Shown here in pieces: positions 53,873 to 60,167 of a stretch of 60,167 nt of DNA. The notes below the pieces were generated by a model, which was not told the DNA's origin, ran no database searches, and was given only the letters and a program-made list of their open reading frames with translations. This DNA is from Obrimoposthia wandeli (Eukaryota). Made by a program: the position numbers and the translations under genes. The stretch lies in contig CDROCS010003444.1 of the NCBI GenBank assembly GCA_977020255.1, positions 124,001 through 184,167 on the forward strand, written 5' to 3'. The first letter of the stretch is position 1, and each line of letters opens with the position of its first letter.

Positions 53873-55468
53873 TTATTTTAAGTCTACATTGTGGAAAAAG
53901 TGCCCACCAAGAGGATCAATCTTATAACCTGTTACTTTTGTGCTAACTGGCATGAAAACTGTACTGTGTGCGATAGTCGCCCAAGGAGCTTCTTTCTTGA
54001 AGATTTTCTGTGCTTTTTCATATGCTGCTGTACGAACAGCAGGATCATTTGAGACGAGGGCAGCTTGTAGCTCAGCTTCAAACTCTTCGTTACACCATTT
54101 AGCACGGTTAGAACCGTTGTCTTTAGCAACACAACCTAGTAATACACGTAGGAAGTTATCTGGGTCTCCATTATCACCCGTCCAACCTAGTAATACAGTA
54201 TCGTGCTCACCTGCTTTAGAACGCTTAAGGTACTCGCCCCATTCAAATGTAACGATTTCTGCATCTACACCGACTTTAGCCCAATCCGCTTGGATAAGCT
54301 CAGCCATTTTACGGGCATCTGGGTTATATGGACGCTGTACAGGCATAGCCCAAATATTTGTTTTAAATCCAGAAACACCCGCTTCTTTCAAAAGCGCTTT
54401 AGCTTTATCTACATCGTAGCCATCATCAACTGTTGAGTTATCATAAGACCAAATAGTAGGTGGAATTGGGTTTTTAGCTACGGTTGCATATCCGTTAAAG
54501 ACAACGTCTTTAATCGCATTTTTGTTGATTGCATGGTTTAGTGCTTTACGTACACGTGCATCTTTGAAATTTTCTTTCTCAGTGTTATACGCAAGGTAAC
54601 CTACGTTTAATCCTTCTTGCTGCATTAGGGTAATGCCATCAGTTTTCTTGATGTCATCTAAATCAGCAGGGTTTGGATAAGGCATTGCATGACACTCGCC
54701 CGCTTTCATTTTCTGAAAACGTACAGATGCATCTGTAGTAATAGAGAATACTAGGTTATCAATTTTAGCTTGCTCGCCCCAGTATGCTGTGTTTTTAGCA
54801 TAACGAATGACTGAGTCTTTTTTGTAACCAACAAATTGGAAAGGACCGGTGCCTACTGGCTTTTGGTTCATATCACCTAATTTGCCTTCTTTGATTAGCT
54901 TATCGCCATATTCAGCTGACTGAATAGATGCAAATGCCATTGCCATATTGGCAACAATCGGCGCTTCTGCATGATCTAGTACAAACTTAACCGTCATATC
55001 ATCAACTTTAACGATATCTTTGATTAGGTTGCCCATATCCATCGCATTGAAGTATTCGAATTTGCCGTTAGCTGCTTTGTAGTATGGGTTTTCTTTATCC
55101 ATTTGGCGCTTGAACGAAAAGATAACATCGTCAGCGTTTAAATCACGCGTAGGCGTAAAAGATTTAGTCGTGTGGAATTTAACACCTGGACGTAATTTGA
55201 ACGTTAGCTCTTTACCGTCGTCAGAAACAGTCCAACTTTCAGCTACACCTGGTAGTACTTCAGTTGTGCCTGTTTTAAAGTTAACTAATCCGTCAAACAT
55301 AGTGTTTGCTGAGGCATCGAATGTAGTACCTGCTGTGTACAATGCTGAATCAAACCCTTCTGGAGATCCCTCTGAGCAATATACTAACGTTTTGCCAGCG
55401 GCAAGTGCTTGTCCTGACATCAAAAGTGCGCCAGCAACGACTGCCGCGGATATTATACTTTTTTTCAT
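53873..55468 (-). CDS. dppA: Dipeptide ABC substrate-binding protein
   Basis: Signal peptide, KTLVYCSEGSPEGF, PVGTGPF, WAMPVQRPYNPDA, GWTGDNGDPDNF, IAHS. Confidence 0.96.
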   Translation of the reverse strand: MKKSIISAAVVAGALLMSGQALAAGKTLVYCSEGSPEGFDSALYTAGTTFDASANTMFDGLVNFKTGTTEVLPGVAESWTVSDDGKELTFKLRPGVKFHTTKSFTPTRDLNADDVIFSFKRQMDKENPYYKAANGKFEYFNAMDMGNLIKDIVKVDDMTVKFVLDHAEAPIVANMAMAFASIQSAEYGDKLIKEGKLGDMNQKPVGTGPFQFVGYKKDSVIRYAKNTAYWGEQAKIDNLVFSITTDASVRFQKMKAGECHAMPYPNPADLDDIKKTDGITLMQQEGLNVGYLAYNTEKENFKDARVRKALNHAINKNAIKDVVFNGYATVAKNPIPPTIWSYDNSTVDDGYDVDKAKALLKEAGVSGFKTNIWAMPVQRPYNPDARKMAELIQADWAKVGVDAEIVTFEWGEYLKRSKAGEHDTVLLGWTGDNGDPDNFLRVLLGCVAKDNGSNRAKWCNEEFEAELQAALVSNDPAVRTAAYEKAQKIFKKEAPWATIAHSTVFMPVSTKVTGYKIDPLGGHFFHNVDLK

Positions 55469-56030
55469 GATTTATCCCCATAACAACTATCTGCTTATTC
55501 TAAATTTTAATAGCAACCAAACTAAGAAATAAGCTAAACAGTTTTTATAAATTATTGTTATTTAGTGCCTAATATCAAATTAGGCCAGCAGATATTCTGC
55601 ATGAGAATAAATATCTGTCAAGGGCGGGTTTTTTAAAGAAGGCAAAAACAAAAAATTCTCAGCTCTTATTGCTCGTTTCTTACTCATTTTATGAAGAAAA
55701 CCAAGTCTTTTTCATAACAAACTATATCCAGAAAAAATGTTTAAACCTACATTTTTACCTAGTTTCGAGACTCCGACTAAAATTCTCTTGGGAAATAATG
55801 ACAATAATTATTTTAAAAACAATAAGATAAGAAATTTTATTAATTACTGCTCTGTTTTGCAAACAACTTTGTTAAAGCCAATATTATGTAAATATCATTG
55901 TCTTTAAATGCCAATACTGAATGGTTAATAAACATAAAACCCTAAGCAAATTTATTTTACATTTGTGTTCCGATACAATTTGTTACATTCGAAAAAGCAC
56001 TATAAGAGCTTTAAAGTGGTTCTAAATCAC

Positions 56031-56190
56031 TAATTAGTGCTCATCCTAAAACGGGGTCGTCACGAGAGCGGCTTAATGATTCAAGATGAGCGTACGACTA
56101 GATAGGGCCGTTTAGTTATTCCAAACAACTCTATCTAGTGGTGAGTAGATTGTGTCAGTGAGACATCCGTTTCTGGATGGGCACTAATTA
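56031..56190. mobile_element. MITE-like element with 24-bp imperfect terminal inverted repeats
   Basis: 56031-56054 taattagtgctcatcctaaaacgg versus the reverse complement of 56167-56190, taattagtgcccatccagaaacgg (21/24). Internal hairpin actagatag/ctatctagt. No ORF. Confidence 0.7.
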
Positions 56191-56213
56191 AAGCTTTTTG
56201 GAGTCAATGTCCT

Positions 56214-57392
56214 CTAGAAGCTATCTCCAGGAACACGCACCCAGCCTTCCATTAGTACTCTTGCACTACGGCTCATAACAGCCTTATCAGCACTCCACTG
56301 CCCGTTTTCAACACTGGCTTTTGCACCAACTAGTAAAGTACCTGATGGATGCCCGAAGTTAACTTCATCACATTCACCACCACCAGCGGCTAAATTAACT
56401 AATGTTCCTGGTACAGCCGCTGCAACACCAATGGCTACCGCGGCGGTACCCATCATCGCATGGTGTAACTTACCCATCGATAGCGCACGCACTGACAAAT
56501 CAATTTGCGATGCCTGAATTTGCTTACCGCTTGAAGTCACATAGTCACCTGCGGGAGCTACAAAAGCTACTTTAGGTGTGTGCTGGCGCGCTTTTGCTTC
56601 ACTAATATCACTTATCAAGCCCATTTTAACCGCGCCGTGACTGCGAATAGCTTCAAACATAGCTAATGCTTTTTCATCATTATTTATATCATCTTGCAAT
56701 TCTGTACCGCTATAACCGATGGCTTCTGCATCTACAAAAATAGTGGGAATACCTGCGTTGATCAATGTCACCGTAAAAGTACCTACATTAGGCACTTCTA
56801 ACTGATCGGTAATATTGCCCGTCGGGAACATCGCGCCGTCTCCTCCGGCTGGATCTAAAAACTCTACCTGGATTTTGGCCGCGGCAAAGGTCACACCGTC
56901 TAGCTCGAAATCTCCGGTTTCTTGTACTTGCCCATCGGTCATTGGCACTTGTACAATAATTGTTTTGCTAATATTAGCCTGCCAAATGCGCACCGTTGCT
57001 AAACCATTGTCAGGAATTAGCGAAGAATCCACCAAGCCATTTGAAATGGCAAAAGCGCCTACCGCAGCGGTTAAATTTCCGCAATTGCCGCTCCAATCGA
57101 CAAACGCTCTATCAATCGCCACTTGGCCAAACATGTAGTCAACATCATGCTCAGCTACGCTGCTTTTAGCAACGATAACAGTTTTACTAGTGCTTGAAGT
57201 TGCTCCACCCATACCATCCGTTTGCTTACCGTATGGATCTGGGCTGCCGATCACTCTTAATAATAAAGCATCTCGTGCGGGACCGGCGGTTTGCGCCACT
57301 GCAGGTAAATCTTGGAGTGAAAAGAACACCCCTTTACTGGTGCCGCCGCGCATGTATGTCGCGGGGATTTTAATTTGTGCTACATGAGTCAT
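56214..57392 (-). CDS. prpF: 2-methylaconitate cis-trans isomerase
   Basis: IPATYMRGGTSKG, QTDGMGGATSSTSK, SGNCGN, SMGKLHHAMMGT, MSRSARVLMEG. Start moved to ATG 57392. Confidence 0.97.
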   Translation of the reverse strand: MTHVAQIKIPATYMRGGTSKGVFFSLQDLPAVAQTAGPARDALLLRVIGSPDPYGKQTDGMGGATSSTSKTVIVAKSSVAEHDVDYMFGQVAIDRAFVDWSGNCGNLTAAVGAFAISNGLVDSSLIPDNGLATVRIWQANISKTIIVQVPMTDGQVQETGDFELDGVTFAAAKIQVEFLDPAGGDGAMFPTGNITDQLEVPNVGTFTVTLINAGIPTIFVDAEAIGYSGTELQDDINNDEKALAMFEAIRSHGAVKMGLISDISEAKARQHTPKVAFVAPAGDYVTSSGKQIQASQIDLSVRALSMGKLHHAMMGTAAVAIGVAAAVPGTLVNLAAGGGECDEVNFGHPSGTLLVGAKASVENGQWSADKAVMSRSARVLMEGWVRVPGDSF

Positions 57393-57543
57393 TGATATCT
57401 TCCCATTTTGAAATATGCAAAATTCTGTCTTTGCTGTACCGCGTTTTTTGGAGCAGTTAAGTGAGTCTACGTAAGGCTGAAATAGATACTGAGCTTTACG
57501 TAAACACACTAAACCAGCCGATGTTTTATAGTACATAAGCACT

Positions 57544-57571
57544 GTAGCTCAAAAGAATAATCTTGAGCTAC
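57544..57571. repeat. Hairpin between acnD and prpF
   Basis: gtagctcaa-N10-ttgagctac. Confidence 0.55.
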
Positions 57572-57590
57572 GCTTTTACATGACAGGTTA

Positions 57591-60135
57591 TTAAACAGTT
57601 GTTTCTAAGAAATCTTGTGCGAAACGCTGTAACACACCACCCGCTTCATAAATTGAAACTTCTTCAGCAGTATCTAAACGACAAGTCACTTGTACTTCAA
57701 TTTGCTCACCGTTTTGACGAGTAATTATCAGTGTTAACGTGGCACCTGGTGTACGCTCGCCTATTACATCAAACGTTTCAGTGCCATCAATATTAAAGGT
57801 ATGTCTATCATCGCCTGCTTTAAACTCTAAAGGCAACACACCCATACCTACTAAATTAGTACGGTGAATACGCTCAAAACCTTCAGCAACAATTACTTCA
57901 ACACCTGCTAAACGTACCCCTTTTGCCGCCCAGTCTCGTGAAGAGCCCTGCCCATAATCAGCGCCTGCAACAATGATCAGTGGCTGTTTGCGCTGCATAT
58001 ACGTTTCAATCGCTTCCCACATACGGCTAACTTTGCCTTCAGGTTCAATTCTTGCAAGTGAGCCTTGTACCACTTCACCGTTTTCGCGCACCATTTCATT
58101 AAACAGTTTAGGGTTTGCAAACGTAGCGCGCTGCGCTGTTAAGTGATCGCCACGATGGGTTGCATATGAGTTAAAATCAACTTCTGGCAAGCCCATTTTA
58201 TCTAGGTAAGCACCGGCTGCACTTTCAAGCTGAATAGCATTAGACGGAGATAGATGATCGGTGGTGATGTTATCACCTAGTACTGCAAGTGGACGCATCC
58301 CTTTCATAGTACGTTCACCCGCTAGCGCGCCTTCCCAATAAGGAGGACGTCTAATATAGGTGCTCATTTCACGCCAATCGTACTGTGAATCTACCTGTTT
58401 TTTCTGCTTATCAGAGATATCAAACATCGGGATGTAAACTTCACGAAATTGCTCAGGCTTTACGCTTTGCTTGAGCACTGCATCAATCTCAGCATCACTT
58501 GGCCACAAATCTTTTAAGGTAATAGCGTTACCATCTGCATCTTGTCCCAATACATCTTTTTCAATATCAAAACGAATCGTGCCCGCAATTGCATAAGCGA
58601 CGACTAACGGTGGCGATGCTAAAAATGCTTCATTTGCATGGGGATGAATACGCCCATCAAAGTTACGGTTACCTGAAAGCACTGCCGTTGAATACAAATC
58701 TCTATCTAATATTTCTTGCTTGATTTTTGGATCCAACGCGCCGCTCATGCCATTACAAGAAGTGCACGCAAAGGCTACAATGCCAAAACCAAGCTGTTCA
58801 AGTTCAGGTAATAACTTAGCTTCTTGCAAATACAATTGCACTGCTTTAGAGCCCGGTGCTAAAGATGTTTTCACCCAAGGTTTACGTACTAAACCTTTGG
58901 CGTTAGCGTTACGGGCTAACAAACCTGCCGCAATCATATTGCGAGGGTTACTGGTATTTGTACAACTGGTAATGGCTGCAATGATCACTGCGCCATCTGG
59001 CATTTTACCTGCTTCGTTTTCAACTTCACCGCTGATGCCACGCTTAGCTAAATCACTTAACGGTACTAAATTGTGCGGATTAGAAGGCCCTGCTATATTG
59101 CGCACTACGCTAGATAAATTAAAGGTCAATACACGCTCGTAGTGCACTTCAGCTAATGTATCAGCCCACAAGCCAGTCTCTTTTGCGTATTGTTCGACAA
59201 GTTCAACTTGCTTGTCATCACGCCCAGTTAAGCGCAAGTAATCGATAGTGTTTTCATCGATATAAAACATTGCAGCAGATGCACCAAATTCAGGTGTCAT
59301 ATTAGAAATCGTGGCTCTATCAGCCAACGTTAGCTTGCTAGCGCCTGCGCCGAAAAACTCCAAATAAGAAGAAACAACTTTTTGTTCACGCAAAAACTTA
59401 GTCAGTGTTAATACGATATCAGTGGCGGTAATTCCCGCTTGTGGAGCACCTGTTAATTCAACACCAATAATTTCAGGTAAGCGCATATAAGATGCACGTC
59501 CTAGCATAACGCTTTCAGCTTCCAAGCCACCTACACCAATAGCAATTACACCCAGAGCATCAACCATTGGCGTGTGGCTGTCGGTACCCACTAAAGTATC
59601 TGGAAAAGCGACACCATCACGTACTTGCACAACAGGTGACATACGCTCTAAATTTATTTGATGTAAAATGCCGTTGCCTGGAGGTATAACATCAACATTA
59701 TCAAAGGCATCTTTGGTCCAGTTTATGAAATGAAAGCGATCATCATTTCTGCGATCTTCAATGGCGCGGTTCTTATCAAAAGCATCTGTTTCAAATCCAC
59801 CGTGCTCTACCGCTAAAGAGTGATCAACCACTAATTGTGTAGGAACTATTGGATTTACTTTGGAAGGATCTCCACCTTTTTCGGCTATAGCATCACGCAA
59901 ACCCGCTAAATCAACTAATGCTGTTTGTCCTAAAATGTCATGACAAACGACTCTGGCTGGATACCAAGGAAAATCTAAATCGCTTTTCCCTTCAATGATT
60001 TGCTTAAGAGAAGCGGTTAGCGTTGCCGGATCGCATCGACGCACTAAGTTTTCAGCCAGTACTCTTGAGGTATAAGGTAATCTTTTGAAAGAGCCCGCTT
60101 CAATCGCTTCAATCGCGGCGCGAGTGTCATAATAA
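57591..60135 (-). CDS. acnD: Fe/S-dependent 2-methylisocitrate dehydratase, 5' end missing
   Basis: The frame stays open past GTG 60044: YYDTRAAIEAIEAG..LPYTSRVLAENLVRRCD, ARVVCHDILGQTALVDLAG, AITSCTNTSNP, ACTSCNGMSG. Upstream of prpF as in prp operons. Confidence 0.96.
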
Positions 60136-60167
60136 CCGCGTGAGCAACGAACGCAGCGGCCACTGAT

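Noticed and set aside
53940-54419. 159-aa plus-strand ORF, the longest of many antisense ORFs (also 12294..12692, 17845..18252, 28797..29192, 55110..55532, 58720..59142)
   Set aside because: They lie opposite well-conserved genes and have the Ser/Pro/Thr-rich composition typical of shadow frames, with no motifs.
60125-60167. Integron attC site at the window end
   Set aside because: No RYYYAAC/GTTRRRY pair, no cassette ORFs and no integrase.

Overview
An AT-rich, mostly housekeeping chromosomal segment from a probably marine gammaproteobacterium; the taxonomy is inferred from gene content and Pseudomonas/Oceanospirillales-like synteny. Recognisable blocks: partial cysS, fhs, ddl, dsbD, DAHP synthase, a solitary moaE, mnmA-hflD-purB, a split polar-amino-acid ABC system (NocT/OccJ-like binding protein plus AotO-like M14 hydrolase), NYN protein, cold-shock protein, two REC-DUF3369 regulators, cvfB, perM-tusA-bepA, a Na/Pi cotransporter, leuCDB plus LysR between two RhlE-like helicases, large NAD-GDH, an orphan BatD, a dpp operon, prpF and 5'-incomplete acnD. 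I saw no rRNA, tRNA, CRISPR array, prophage or recognisable defence system, and I cannot support a large new multi-gene system here. The best leads lie outside the ORF track: (1) a 160-bp MITE-like element with 24-bp terminal inverted repeats after prpF; (2) a LysR-type operator shared 16/17 between the leuC/lysR intergenic region and a DMT exporter promoter 34 kb away; (3) a REC-DUF3369 paralog that has lost its HD-GYP domain, facing an intact copy; (4) a DOPA 4,5-dioxygenase gene broken by three A-run indels next to a decayed IS3; (5) further structured intergenic elements; (6) a foreign-looking 32 nt replacing the acnD 5' end at the window edge. All family assignments come from motif recognition and recall, not database searches.
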